A DNA stretch of 64,000 nucleotides, taken from IMG/VR virus record IMGVR_UViG_3300046007_009360; one strand, 5' to 3'. The stretch's first letter is position 1, and each line of letters starts with the position of its first letter. The notes below the pieces were generated by a model. The model ran no database searches, was not told where the DNA came from, and saw nothing but the letters and a program-made list of their open reading frames with translations. The translations under genes were made by a program, and so were the position numbers. The DNA is from an uncultured virus (IMG/VR IMGVR_UViG_3300046007_009360). Taxonomy: Duplodnaviria; Heunggongvirae; Uroviricota; Caudoviricetes. Shown here piece by piece: positions 48,901 through 58,792 of the stretch.

Positions 48901-50778
48901 AATGGTTTAGATTTAGGACGAGGAGGAAGCACATATTTAAAAGTTGATTCAAGTACTCCAGTGGTTGTAGTAGGCAGAGGAACTAATACCGCTGGTGTAG
49001 TAGGAGTAGGTTTTGATGGAACTAATAGCGCTCTAAGTAGTCCAGATGCTTTTATTATACGAGATGGTGCTGGTATTTTATCATTAAGAAATCCAATAAC
49101 AAATAACTCTCCTCAACAATTACGTATTTTTAATATATCAGGCACGAATACTGGAGAATTTGGTGTATTTGGATGGATTAATAGCGGTTTAGTAATTGGT
49201 CCTCAACAAACTAATTCTGGGATTTTAAGAAATATTGTTATAACTGGAAGTAATATAAACTTATCATCTACTGGCAATATAACTATTGATAGAAATAGTC
49301 AAATTATATTCCCATCAAGATTTGGAACAACTTCGATTCCTAATAGATTATATACAGATTCTCCAACAGATACAAATAATAATTATTATTTTTATGGTGG
49401 AAATGGAGGAGGGAATTTTGTATTCAACAACCAAGATGGAAATTGGAATTTAGTATTAGGAACAGCTGGAGCAATAGGCTTCTCTCAACAAAGTAGTGCA
49501 CAAAGAGGCGCTTTTTCTCCAGATGTTTTATTATATAGAGACGCTGCAAATACATTAGCTCTTCGTAATGGAACTACCTCTCAACAATTTAGAGCTTATA
49601 ATACAACAGGTACAAATTCTGGTGAGTTCGGTTTATTTGGTTGGCAAAATAACAACTTAATTATAGGTTCGCAAGCCACAAATTCTGGAATATTAAGAAA
49701 TACTATATTAACTGGTGTTACTGATATTTTTGGTCCTCCAATCCAAAATATAAATATAAGTGCTTCTAATTCTGGCGTGGTTGGAGGAGCAGGTGATATG
49801 ACTCCAAATAATATTACTTTAACTGCAGGCACAGGAAGAGTAATATTTACTAATGCTCCAAGATATGGAACAATTGGTCTTATTGGTAATATAGATATTA
49901 ATAATATTAGTTCTCCTCTTGTTGCTAAAACAATTACTATTTATAAAACTGGTTTATCTTCGATGTTTCTACCAAGCGCTATACCCGCAGTAACTATTGA
50001 TAATGATTGGTTTTCAATTAATACTCCAATAAATTCTACTCAAGCTGGACTTGGATTTAGAATTAGTGGTGTTGCTGTAACTCCAGCTATTTATGTTAAT
50101 ACAACGTCAAATCAAACTATCAATGGCTTAAAAACATTCACATCTGGCATAGATATTTATAGCGGCACAAGTTCTCAATCAATCCGAGTATTTAATCGCA
50201 CAGGAACTAATAGTGGTGAATTTGGTTTAGTTGGTTGGACCAATAATAGTTTAGTAGTTGGCCCTCAACAAACAAACTCTGGCGTTCTTCGAGATTTAAC
50301 TTTAACAGGTAATAATATTAACATCAATGCTTCTGGTGTCTTTAATATTTTTGATAACACAAACATCGTAGGCAATCTAACAGTAAGTGGCAACACAACA
50401 ATCACTGGTCATCTTTCTGCAGCTTCTAAATCATTCTTAATAGATCATCCAACTCAAGCTGGTAAAAAACTCCAATATGGAAGTTTAGAGTCTCCTTATC
50501 ATGGAATTAGATTAACAGATAAAAATAAAATCAGCGCCGATTCAGTTCAAGTAAACTTGCCAGATTATATTTCCGCTTTAGTAAATGAAGATAAAGTAAA
50601 TGTTCAACTCACAAACATTAATCATGATAAAGTATTGTTTGTTAAAGAGATCAATGTAAACCAAAATAATTTCATCGTAGGAATAAATCGCGGCTGGTTT
50701 GATAAAAATGAATATGAATTTTATTGGAGCTTTACAGCAGAACGAAAAGATATACCAAAACTAACTGTGGAGTTTTAA
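45985..50778 (+). CDS. long tail fibre / receptor-binding protein
   Basis: 1597 aa, collagen-like GPQGPAGPRG, GIGTSSPSEKLEVNG and QTISGIKTF repeats, C-terminal KSFLIDHP...L.YGSLESP domain. Confidence 0.8.
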   Translation: MADINVNVVLPDPISVDVTSPTQALATNVSVPGPQGPAGPRGFTPLINGVTGDSILFSGQNGIIISSDQSISTIFFSGNSGYFQLAVNNLTTNLESTGSNLYILLTGFSGNLDSNYATDLQLYTTGSTLDTKVNFLSGYINSSSSNILFTTGNQIKSGRLVIGDTILDITNPYTLSLQSNNQDTFLEILNSGGSGKGMFCGINNNDFEQYNWQGGDILFFTAENPSEGYERLRIKNNGKIGIGTSSPSEKLEVNGNVKASGASFDNRPTVNGTGVLLSGEAAGLPTTIVYTTGDQTISGIKTFNVAPVISGNPFITGNLSLYATTINLATTGSTLDIKINNLSGYVNSQDVSISNNLTSTGATLINNLFNTGSTLNTKINDLSGYINTQDTAISNNLRTTGSTLDNKINSLSGSSVLLYGNQSIGGVKTFRDNVYINNLFVTGTETIVSTNNFNVQSPYILLNLTGGAVDGGIFFVTGSGFTGLNDSGPIIGFDHSKSFKFGISTRNSDLSTLPDIASVQQIEAYSGVANNTFSTITNLYNTGSTLDSKINSLSGSAVLLYGNQNINGNKSFYGDILLSGTNNRIGKNHYLQTDSDFVFIKDAGNGLIFSSEEYLFQDINNVTSLEFGGRLLKDSNATTSISWEERYLSNEVGALVLTWTGDNIGIGTNTPSEKLEVNGNIKFGDVINGYSAKFIMWDPANAVYNTGDWYDSQLTLTDSANNKSIALNFYGDTNSLISNGSILRLPSGKDDFIAMDSEVVHKTGNEIISGTKIFNENISGAFISGTYINAGLTSAWDSGPRNGYFLGNGHSIRAVDTSNGIGFYSASNAYPRFLMAASTLRMGANGALLWNSTNDVVTPTSTTDVGIYRDAANILAQRNGTNAQQLRIYNSTGINSGEFGLFGWQNNELVIGARNTNSGILRSLVITGDSISYSGKILTIAHANAGFFMDATGPTIRGNHWGAGDAGFIKYRNGLDLGRGGSTYLKVDSSTPVVVVGRGTNTAGVVGVGFDGTNSALSSPDAFIIRDGAGILSLRNPITNNSPQQLRIFNISGTNTGEFGVFGWINSGLVIGPQQTNSGILRNIVITGSNINLSSTGNITIDRNSQIIFPSRFGTTSIPNRLYTDSPTDTNNNYYFYGGNGGGNFVFNNQDGNWNLVLGTAGAIGFSQQSSAQRGAFSPDVLLYRDAANTLALRNGTTSQQFRAYNTTGTNSGEFGLFGWQNNNLIIGSQATNSGILRNTILTGVTDIFGPPIQNINISASNSGVVGGAGDMTPNNITLTAGTGRVIFTNAPRYGTIGLIGNIDINNISSPLVAKTITIYKTGLSSMFLPSAIPAVTIDNDWFSINTPINSTQAGLGFRISGVAVTPAIYVNTTSNQTINGLKTFTSGIDIYSGTSSQSIRVFNRTGTNSGEFGLVGWTNNSLVVGPQQTNSGVLRDLTLTGNNININASGVFNIFDNTNIVGNLTVSGNTTITGHLSAASKSFLIDHPTQAGKKLQYGSLESPYHGIRLTDKNKISADSVQVNLPDYISALVNEDKVNVQLTNINHDKVLFVKEINVNQNNFIVGINRGWFDKNEYEFYWSFTAERKDIPKLTVEF

Positions 50779-50779
50779 T

Positions 50780-51574
50780 ATGGGAGTATTATATAGTCCC
50801 AAAATAGTAACAAATGGTCTTGTTTTGTGTTTAGATGCTGGTAATAGAAAAAGTTATTCTGGAAGTGGAAATATTTGGAGAGATATAAGTGGAAATGAAG
50901 AGCATTTTATTCTTTATAATAATCCTGTATTTAATAGAAATTCCAATGGTAGCCCTGCAATAGAATTTAGTGCAAATAATGATTACGCTAGAAGAACAAA
51001 TTCTAATATCATAAAACGAACAAATAACAATGGTACAATAGATATATGGTTTAGAAGTATAAATAATGATTTAAATGCTGCTTCAACTAGTTATGCTAGA
51101 ATAATTAGCGTTGCAGATGCTGCGGGAACTGGATCAGATAATAGCTCAACTCAAGGTTCAAACAGAGATTATAGCGACTTCTATTGTTTAGCGGTAAATA
51201 ATCAAGATAATGTCCAAAATTTTGCTTTATGGTATGGAGGTAATCCTTCAGCTTTTTCGACGAATCCTGTAATATTATTTAATACAACAAGATATTTCAA
51301 CATTGTTATAACCTACTCTTCTTCTGGAGGAAATATGACTTTTAATTATTTTGTTCAAGGTAGAGTTGCTAGAAATTCAAGTGTGATTACGAGATCTGGT
51401 TACTCTACAGACGCAAGTACTATTACTCTTGGTATGAATAGTTTTGGAGCATTGACAAATGTCGCAGAAAATTCACAAACAGCTATATCACAAATTAAGT
51501 TATATGATATAGCATTAAATGCTACACAAGTACTTCAAAACTATAATGCCCTAAAAGGAAGGTTTAATTTATGA
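50780..51574 (+). CDS. LamG-like lectin virion protein
   Basis: IVTNGLVLCLDAGN.KSY.G.G..WRD...QNYNALKGRF. Confidence 0.8.
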   Translation: MGVLYSPKIVTNGLVLCLDAGNRKSYSGSGNIWRDISGNEEHFILYNNPVFNRNSNGSPAIEFSANNDYARRTNSNIIKRTNNNGTIDIWFRSINNDLNAASTSYARIISVADAAGTGSDNSSTQGSNRDYSDFYCLAVNNQDNVQNFALWYGGNPSAFSTNPVILFNTTRYFNIVITYSSSGGNMTFNYFVQGRVARNSSVITRSGYSTDASTITLGMNSFGALTNVAENSQTAISQIKLYDIALNATQVLQNYNALKGRFNL

Positions 51575-52260
51575 GCTTTCATCATTCTCCAAGAATAGTA
51601 ACAAATGGTCTTGTATTATGCTTAGACGCTGGAAATAGAAAAAGCTATTTAGGCACTGGAAGTACTTGGCGAGATTTATCTCAAAATAATAATAATGTAA
51701 CTTTAATTAATTCTCCTACTTTTTCAACAAGTAATTTTGGTAATTTTTCTTTTAATGGAAGTACTCAAGGCGGAACAATACCAAATAATACATTATTAAA
51801 TACTCAAACTCCATCTGTGGAAGTTTGGTTTAGAACATCAAATTTAAATCAATTTGGTTTCTTTTTTGAAAAAGGATCTGTTAATACTCAATATAGTTTA
51901 TTCATGGAAGGAACGAATGGAATAAGATGGAGGCAAAATTTTGGCGCTGGCTATACATCTCTAGATATACCAACAACTAATTTAATTACCAATACATGGT
52001 ATCAATTAGTTGGAACATTCATTTCTGGAACTAGGAGATTATATTTAAATGGAGTATTAATTACTTCAGACTCTCAAGCTGGAACAATAAGTACAAATAA
52101 TTCAGGTATGACAATCGGGGCGTATAATGGTGGTGGTCCTAATTTAGATGCATATTACTATAATGGATCTATGTCAATTATTAGAGTCTATAATAGAAAT
52201 TTATCTCCTTCTGAAGTTTTGCAAAATTATAATGCTACAAAAGGAAGATTTAATTTATGA
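51571..52260 (+). CDS. LamG-like lectin virion protein
   Basis: Same N/C motifs; WYQLVGT...LYLNG...IRVYNRNLS. Confidence 0.85.
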   Translation: MSFHHSPRIVTNGLVLCLDAGNRKSYLGTGSTWRDLSQNNNNVTLINSPTFSTSNFGNFSFNGSTQGGTIPNNTLLNTQTPSVEVWFRTSNLNQFGFFFEKGSVNTQYSLFMEGTNGIRWRQNFGAGYTSLDIPTTNLITNTWYQLVGTFISGTRRLYLNGVLITSDSQAGTISTNNSGMTIGAYNGGGPNLDAYYYNGSMSIIRVYNRNLSPSEVLQNYNATKGRFNL

Positions 52261-52907
52261 GTGCATCAGGTGGACCAAGTATTATTGAAGATTCAATTGA
52301 ATTTTGTTTCGATCCATCGAATATAAAATCCTATACTTCTGGTTCTACAATATTTGATCTTTCTGGAAATAGAAAAAATGGAACATTAAATGGAACATAT
52401 TCATTAGCAACGGTAGAAGGAGTTCGCGGTCTTTCTTTCACAAGCGTAAGTTCTCCAGTATCAAATCTTGTTCAAGCTAATACAGTAAACTTAAGAACAA
52501 TAAGTATTTGGTATAATAGAAGAGATTTTGGTTTTAGTTCTGCTTATTTTTTAGATGCAAGAACTGGTATGAGTAATGGTTATATTTGGGGTGGTGGATT
52601 TGGTCCGGGATCTGGCGGTTGGGATTCATCAACTGTGTATCAAAATGGAAGAAACATATCTTCTGGGGTTCCTCTTAATAGTTTAATAGGAGCTTTTTCT
52701 GGTTTATTATCGGTTGGTGGTTGGAGAAATATTACGATAGTTAATAATGCTAATTATGATTGTACAATAAGATTTTTTTCCAGATATACAGATAATGAAG
52801 CTGTTGATGTAGTATTATCTCATATTGTAGCTTATAATCGAGCTCTTACAGCCGATGAAGTTTTAAAGAACTATAACGCTTTAAAAGGAAGGTTTTTATT
52901 AACATAG
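52257..52907 (+). CDS. LamG-like lectin virion protein
   Basis: DLSGN...YNRALTADEVLKNYNALKGRF. Confidence 0.75.
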   Translation: MSASGGPSIIEDSIEFCFDPSNIKSYTSGSTIFDLSGNRKNGTLNGTYSLATVEGVRGLSFTSVSSPVSNLVQANTVNLRTISIWYNRRDFGFSSAYFLDARTGMSNGYIWGGGFGPGSGGWDSSTVYQNGRNISSGVPLNSLIGAFSGLLSVGGWRNITIVNNANYDCTIRFFSRYTDNEAVDVVLSHIVAYNRALTADEVLKNYNALKGRFLLT

Positions 52908-52921
52908 TGTAATTTATCTAT

Positions 52922-53803
52922 ATGCCTAATATATTAATCAATCCAAACTCGGGAATAATGGAATTTACTACAGGAACTGCTGGTGGATCAACTTTTGATG
53001 CTGGTATAACTGGTGGAAATCGCGCCGCTAGATTAAGTTATGATAATTTTGGAGGATTAAATTTAACAAGCTATGTTAATATCACAGGTGTTGGATTTAT
53101 TTCTGGTCAAGATAGATTTAACATAGATGGCACAAATGGTAGATTATTCTCTGTAACAGATAATCTTTCTGGATCTCTTTTTAGCGTTAACGATATAGCT
53201 GGTCTTCCTATTATAGAAGCTTTTGATGATAATACTGTTATTATGGGCGCTTATAATAGAAATGATTTCGTATTAACTGGTAATTCATTAGGAATAGGCG
53301 CAGTACCAAATACAGGAACTACTAAATTACTTGTTAGTGGAAATGCTACAATTAGTGGCAATTTAAATGCATTAGGCAATTATTATGTAAAAGTAGCTAG
53401 ACTCTCAGATCAAACAGTACTGCAAGATACAGATACAATTATTCAATTTTCTAGAATAACAGATCCTAATAATTGGTATAATACAGGAAGTTATAGAATA
53501 AGCCCTACTATATCTGGTAATTATTGCGTCAATCTTATGGTGTCATGGAAGCAGGGGTCAGCTGCTAGAAATATTCAAACTAACATTCAAATAAGAAAAG
53601 CTGGCAATACATTTGCTATTAGTCAAGTTCCAGTTGAATCTGGATTAAATTTTTCAGTTTATGCATGTGGTATAACAACTTTAAATGGAACAACTGGCGA
53701 TTATGTTGAGGCGACTGCGTATTCAGCAAATCCAACAAGTCAAAATATTATTGGTGAAGCAGTTGGCACTTGGACTAAGATGGAACTATTTAAATTAAAT
53801 TAA
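52922..53803 (+). CDS. tail fibre-associated protein with C1q-like C-terminus
   Basis: LFSVNDIAGLP N-terminal domain; LNGTTGDYVE C-terminal beta domain. Confidence 0.6.
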   Translation: MPNILINPNSGIMEFTTGTAGGSTFDAGITGGNRAARLSYDNFGGLNLTSYVNITGVGFISGQDRFNIDGTNGRLFSVTDNLSGSLFSVNDIAGLPIIEAFDDNTVIMGAYNRNDFVLTGNSLGIGAVPNTGTTKLLVSGNATISGNLNALGNYYVKVARLSDQTVLQDTDTIIQFSRITDPNNWYNTGSYRISPTISGNYCVNLMVSWKQGSAARNIQTNIQIRKAGNTFAISQVPVESGLNFSVYACGITTLNGTTGDYVEATAYSANPTSQNIIGEAVGTWTKMELFKLN

Positions 53804-53853
53804 AATCCCAAATTTGATTATAATATATATTATTATAGTGTAATATCTATTAT

Positions 53854-54402
53854 ATGGCAAATGCGTATACACCAGTTAAAATTGTTGATATTGCTGACGA
53901 GCTTTATCGTGAAATGGGCGAACCAGCAGATCTAAGCATAGCCTCTATAGCTTATTGGCTTAGAAGTAATATTGGGGATTTAAATATTACAATAAACAAG
54001 ACTTTCTTCATAAATGAAACCACTTTAGAAATTGAGGGATCAACTACTTCCGGAGATACATTTGGTTTAGCTGAGAAAAGTATATTTAAAATGTTATTTA
54101 GTATTCACTATTATGAACGTCTTTTAAGAAATGCTCTTGGCGCAGCAAGCACAGATAGCGTAATAGAAATTAACCAAAATGGATTTTCTGCACGTAAAAT
54201 TAATAAAAATGAACTCGCAAAAACATACGCACAATTAAGAAAACAAATTAATGATGAACTTATTACTCTTGTCCAAAATTACAATCTTAATGAAGCTCGT
54301 CCATTGCAAGTTGCGGGTGATGATACGGTTGAAGCTTTAGGATATCCATATACATACGGAAATGGTTATATAAGAAATATAGATAATCCATTTACAAATT
54401 AA
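53854..54402 (+). CDS. head-tail connector (putative)
   Basis: Position and size. Confidence 0.5.
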   Translation: MANAYTPVKIVDIADELYREMGEPADLSIASIAYWLRSNIGDLNITINKTFFINETTLEIEGSTTSGDTFGLAEKSIFKMLFSIHYYERLLRNALGAASTDSVIEINQNGFSARKINKNELAKTYAQLRKQINDELITLVQNYNLNEARPLQVAGDDTVEALGYPYTYGNGYIRNIDNPFTN

Positions 54403-54406
54403 TTTT

Positions 54407-54850
54407 ATGGCAACAAGCTTCTTAAGCTCCAATGATCAAACTTGGTATGAAAACGCCATAGATACATGGTTTGAAACTTTTAAGAAGCCTATTGTTGTAC
54501 ATAAAGAACCAATTAAGAATATTGTTCAAAATACTACGAATCAAATGCTAGGTTATAGTGAAGATTCTAATATTGTAGATTATACATATACCCCAAGAAA
54601 TCAGTCATTTTATGCAGTCATAAAGTATAATCCTACCGATAATTTGACAAATGATAAAGAAATTAATATAAAAATAACAGATCAACCAGTTATGATTTAT
54701 GTTCAAAATGATGCTAAAAAATATATAGATACAGATACCACAGAAAAAATTACATTTGATGGCAAAGATTTTAATGTCTATAGTTCAAGTATTGCTAAAC
54801 ATTATCAAAATAAAACATATTATGTTTACTACTTAAAAGAAACAACCTAA
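54407..54850 (+). CDS. head closure protein (putative)
   Basis: Position; ITFDGKDFNV beta motif. Confidence 0.5.
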   Translation: MATSFLSSNDQTWYENAIDTWFETFKKPIVVHKEPIKNIVQNTTNQMLGYSEDSNIVDYTYTPRNQSFYAVIKYNPTDNLTNDKEINIKITDQPVMIYVQNDAKKYIDTDTTEKITFDGKDFNVYSSSIAKHYQNKTYYVYYLKETT

Positions 54851-55416
54851 TGAAAAGAGTAAATGTAGATTTCAAAAAAGTAACAAAAAACAGTAAGAGT
54901 TTTAGAAAAACTGGCGATGATATTGTAATGCAAAAATATGAAGATACCAAAGATATGTTTTTTGATGAATTTGAATCTCACCTTGTAACTCAAGAAATTA
55001 ATGCTGGCCCAAAGTCAAGTAATATATCAAATACTTTGGATGGAGTTGGTAATTTATTTAGTTTTATAGGATTCTCAAGTTCTTCTGCGCCAATTAAAGA
55101 TTTAGCTGATTTTTTAAAAAGAAGTTTTTCGATAAGAAGTAAAAGAAAAAACGATACGATTAGATATACAATTGATTTTCCTACATTAGAAGGAGTTAAA
55201 GCTGAAACGCCAATGCCTTTTGAAGGCGGAAATAGTTGGGTAATTGGTATTGAAAGAGGAATCTCTGGATTTAGTAATTATTTATATAAAAGATTTGTGG
55301 AAGGTAGATCAAAAGAAGCCTTACAAACAGAAAATAGAGTAAGAGGTGGCTCTTACAAAAAAACTAGATATTTATCTCAAATGATAAATAATTTTATAAG
55401 GAACATGACTAAATGA
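54850..55416 (+). CDS. neck/tail completion protein (putative)
   Basis: Position; basic. Confidence 0.45.
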   Translation: MKRVNVDFKKVTKNSKSFRKTGDDIVMQKYEDTKDMFFDEFESHLVTQEINAGPKSSNISNTLDGVGNLFSFIGFSSSSAPIKDLADFLKRSFSIRSKRKNDTIRYTIDFPTLEGVKAETPMPFEGGNSWVIGIERGISGFSNYLYKRFVEGRSKEALQTENRVRGGSYKKTRYLSQMINNFIRNMTK

Positions 55417-56252
55417 AAGCTCAATTAGATAATATCTTAATGTCTAGTATGATAATGTGGATGGATAATATCGTATTAGAAAATGGAGAAGCTTTTCAAA
55501 ATTATTCTAGTAAATTTTATCCAGTTACAAATATATATAATGGTTTTTATACATATGGTCTACCATTTAGACAAGTAGTTTCAGATAGTTCTATAACTGG
55601 AGCTAATTTATTATCTGGTGTTTATATCAACAATGTATTTACAACTGTTGGTCAAAATGGGCTAACTGGCATTAATCCAAATAATGGTCAAGTATATTTT
55701 AATTCAAATCAAAACGCAAATACCTTAAGTGGAAATTATGCAGTAAAAGACTTTAATATATATTTAACAAGCGAACCAGAAGAAAAATTGCTATTTGAAA
55801 GTCAATTCGAAGTAAGGCCAAAAACTACACAAAATCCTACTGGTTTAGCTATTGATTCAATTACATATCCATGTATATTTCTAAAGAATAATGGTGGAAC
55901 AAATGAGCCATTTGCATTAGGAGGCCAAGATAATACAATAATGCAAGTTAGAGCAATAGTTATAGCAAATAATATGTTCTCTTTAGACGCTATATGTAGT
56001 ATATTAAAGGATACCGCAAGAAGATATGTTCCTTTGGTATATAATCCTCCATTTAATAATTATGGAGCCTTAAATAGTGGTTATTATAACTATAACAGTT
56101 TAACCTCAAATATAGACTTATCTAACCAAGCCTTCTATATAGAAGAAGTAAATATAAGTAAAATATTCGCTAATTTAAATGTAAAAAGCACTCAAATTTA
56201 TCCTGCTTTTGTTGATTTTACTCTTAGTAATATTAGATATCCAAGGTGTTAA
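55413..56252 (+). CDS. tail terminator-like protein (putative)
   Basis: Precedes tail tube; YPCIF motif. Confidence 0.45.
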   Translation: MKAQLDNILMSSMIMWMDNIVLENGEAFQNYSSKFYPVTNIYNGFYTYGLPFRQVVSDSSITGANLLSGVYINNVFTTVGQNGLTGINPNNGQVYFNSNQNANTLSGNYAVKDFNIYLTSEPEEKLLFESQFEVRPKTTQNPTGLAIDSITYPCIFLKNNGGTNEPFALGGQDNTIMQVRAIVIANNMFSLDAICSILKDTARRYVPLVYNPPFNNYGALNSGYYNYNSLTSNIDLSNQAFYIEEVNISKIFANLNVKSTQIYPAFVDFTLSNIRYPRC

Positions 56253-56319
56253 AAACGACTTCTCTTGATATAAAATTAACTGTAATATTAGGAAAGATTT
56301 CTAAAGGAGAAATAATTAT

Positions 56320-57387
56320 ATGGCAAGAAAAAGAGTAATTTATCAAAGTGAAGCACTTTTCACAGGGCCAACAGGCGCTAATACTTTAACACAATTAAGT
56401 CGTGTACAAAGTGCAAATTATGGTTTTGATATTGCTAGACAAGATGTTAATCAATATGGTCAATTGGCCGCTATTGATAGAGTTATCGTAGAACAACCAA
56501 CTGTAAGTTTAGATTTTAGCTATTATGCAAATAATGGTTTTAATGAAACTGGTTTAGGTTTTGTTCTTGGAACTACGAAGGGCGCATTAGCCGATATTCT
56601 TTCTGGTGGCAAAGATATTAAAAATTATTATATTCTTGTTTCTCCAGAAGGTACAGACGCAAACATTGATAAATTAGCTGCCACAGGTCAAGGTAGAGTA
56701 ATTGGTATTGGTAACGCAGGATTGACTTCATATTCTGTTGAGGCTGCAGTTGGAGGTTTTCCAACAGTAACAGTAAATGCAGAAGGTTTAAACATGAAGT
56801 TTTATCCTCAAACAACTGGATTTACTCCAGATGTAAACGCTTCATTTGGCACACCAAATTCTGTAAATACATTTAATATTCCAACTCCAGATACTGGTTT
56901 AGGATTTACTGCTTTACGCCCAGGAGATATTAGTCTTTCCGTTAGTGGCCTAGGCGTTGATGCAAGCGATCTAAAGATTCAAAGCTTTACATTATCAACT
57001 GATATTGGTAGAGACGCAATTCAAAGATTAGGAAGTAAATTTGCATTCTCCAGAGAAATCACCTTCCCAGTAACAGTAAGTGCTTCAGTAGAAGCAATTA
57101 TCGGTGATATTGGAGATGATACAAATAACCTAGGAAATGCATTATCTAATATCGTATGCGATGATTCAGCAAGCTATGACTTAGTATTTGCTCTTGGTCA
57201 ACCAAGTAATAGTTGTGATGCTAGTTATAGTCCATACGCATTAAAATATACGCTTAAAGGAGCAAAACTTGATTCACAATCATTTAGCTCTTCAATTGGA
57301 GATAACAAATCTGTAACATTAAACTTTAGTGCTCAAATTGGTGGTCCAAATGACACTAATAAAGGTTTGTTCATCGAAAATAGTTAA
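56320..57387 (+). CDS. major tail (tube) protein
   Basis: Strong SD, terminator after it, RVQSANYGF...VSLDFSY beta pattern, upstream of tape measure. Confidence 0.7.
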   Translation: MARKRVIYQSEALFTGPTGANTLTQLSRVQSANYGFDIARQDVNQYGQLAAIDRVIVEQPTVSLDFSYYANNGFNETGLGFVLGTTKGALADILSGGKDIKNYYILVSPEGTDANIDKLAATGQGRVIGIGNAGLTSYSVEAAVGGFPTVTVNAEGLNMKFYPQTTGFTPDVNASFGTPNSVNTFNIPTPDTGLGFTALRPGDISLSVSGLGVDASDLKIQSFTLSTDIGRDAIQRLGSKFAFSREITFPVTVSASVEAIIGDIGDDTNNLGNALSNIVCDDSASYDLVFALGQPSNSCDASYSPYALKYTLKGAKLDSQSFSSSIGDNKSVTLNFSAQIGGPNDTNKGLFIENS

Positions 57388-57415
57388 AATTTTAAAATAA
57401 ATTAAAATTACTAGA

Positions 57416-57438
57416 GACCCCGCGAAAGCGGGGTTTTT
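57416..57438 (+). terminator. intrinsic terminator
   Basis: ACCCCGC-GAAA-GCGGGGT + T run. Confidence 0.85.
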
Positions 57439-57485
57439 AGTGTAATGATATATAAGGAATAAGGACTAAAATTGGTTTAAGGTAT

Positions 57486-57770
57486 ATGATTACTTTAAAA
57501 TTTAAAGATTTGTTATCTTTTCAAGTACATAGAAATATAATAAACTTATATAAAAGATACCTTAATTTAATAGAAGATCTTCAAGAAGAACATCTTAATA
57601 TGTTAAATAAATTAAACTCAAAAATTGATCAAGAAACACTAAAAAATGTTGACTATTTTGATGAAAATAAATATAATTACCTAAGAAAAAGAGTATTAGA
57701 TTTAGGAAATGAAACTATAAGAGAAATAGACAAGACCCTAGATCTATTCGAAGATAAAAATGAAAAATAA
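57486..57770 (+). CDS. hypothetical protein
   Basis: ORF track. Confidence 0.65.
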   Translation: MITLKFKDLLSFQVHRNIINLYKRYLNLIEDLQEEHLNMLNKLNSKIDQETLKNVDYFDENKYNYLRKRVLDLGNETIREIDKTLDLFEDKNEK

Positions 57771-58023
57771 ACTAATTAGATATAATATAGAAGACGTAAT
57801 TAAAGCTAATTTAGAAACGCAAAGCGTACAAAGAGCATTAAAAGAGAAATTTGGTCTAATAAAATCATCTTTTGACGTTTTGACAAATCTTAGATACATA
57901 TCAAATTATACAAAATGGCCAGAAGAAAAAAGAAAAGAATTTATATTAACAATTGGCGGCAAAGTTAATTTTAAAAAAACCAAATCTTTTATAGAAGGAA
58001 AAATACAAAATGAAAACAGATAA
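57760..58023 (+). CDS. hypothetical protein
   Basis: ORF track, overlapping neighbours. Confidence 0.6.
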   Translation: MKNKLIRYNIEDVIKANLETQSVQRALKEKFGLIKSSFDVLTNLRYISNYTKWPEEKRKEFILTIGGKVNFKKTKSFIEGKIQNENR

Positions 58024-58792
58024 ATATCTATATGAATTTACAGTAAATAAAGAAAGTGAAGTCGAAGAGATCGAATCTTCTAAAAACGAAAAAGGCGAAG
58101 AAGTAAAGACTATAAAAAAAGTAAAATCTAATGTTCCTGTTCATTTCAGAATTTTAAAACCAAATAGAAAACTTTTTGACGAAGCAGAATTACATTACGG
58201 GATTAAATTATCAGAAGGAATTAAAGCTGGATTATTGACTCGTTCACTTTTAGCTAAAAGGTATCAAAATGATGGCGGCGCAATGAGTGAATCAGAAAAG
58301 CAAAGATATGCTACGCTTTACATAGAACTTTACAAACTACAAAATGATCTTCAAAGATTAGAGGTAAATCTAGATAAATTAAATAAAGAAGATCAGACCA
58401 AAAAAATTACTGATCTTTTAAATGAAATTAATAGCGCAAAGAAAGAGTTACAAGAAATAGAGAATTATCATTCAACATTATTTGATCAAACCGCAGAGAA
58501 TCGAGCAAGAAATCAAACTATTATGTGGTGGGTTCTACAACTATCTTACATTTCTGAAAATAATAAAGATTATCAACCATTCTTCGGTGAGGGAAATTAT
58601 GATAAAAAGATAGAGAAATATGATGAAATAGAAGAAAAAGATGATATTTTCTTTAGAGAAATATTAGCAAAATTAGCCTATTTTATTAGTTTATGGTACA
58701 TGGGTAAAGCTAACAAATTTGAAGATTTTAAAAATCTTGAAACTCTTTTCTCCCAAGACGAGCTTCCAAAAGAAGAAGTAAAGAGTGAATGA
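58010..58792 (+). CDS. tail assembly chaperone (putative)
   Basis: Between tube and tape measure; coiled coil. Confidence 0.5.
   Translation: MKTDKYLYEFTVNKESEVEEIESSKNEKGEEVKTIKKVKSNVPVHFRILKPNRKLFDEAELHYGIKLSEGIKAGLLTRSLLAKRYQNDGGAMSESEKQRYATLYIELYKLQNDLQRLEVNLDKLNKEDQTKKITDLLNEINSAKKELQEIENYHSTLFDQTAENRARNQTIMWWVLQLSYISENNKDYQPFFGEGNYDKKIEKYDEIEEKDDIFFREILAKLAYFISLWYMGKANKFEDFKNLETLFSQDELPKEEVKSE

Noticed and set aside
45985..53803. Diversity-generating retroelement acting on fibre genes
   Set aside because: No reverse transcriptase in the window and no adenine-specific TR/VR pair noticed
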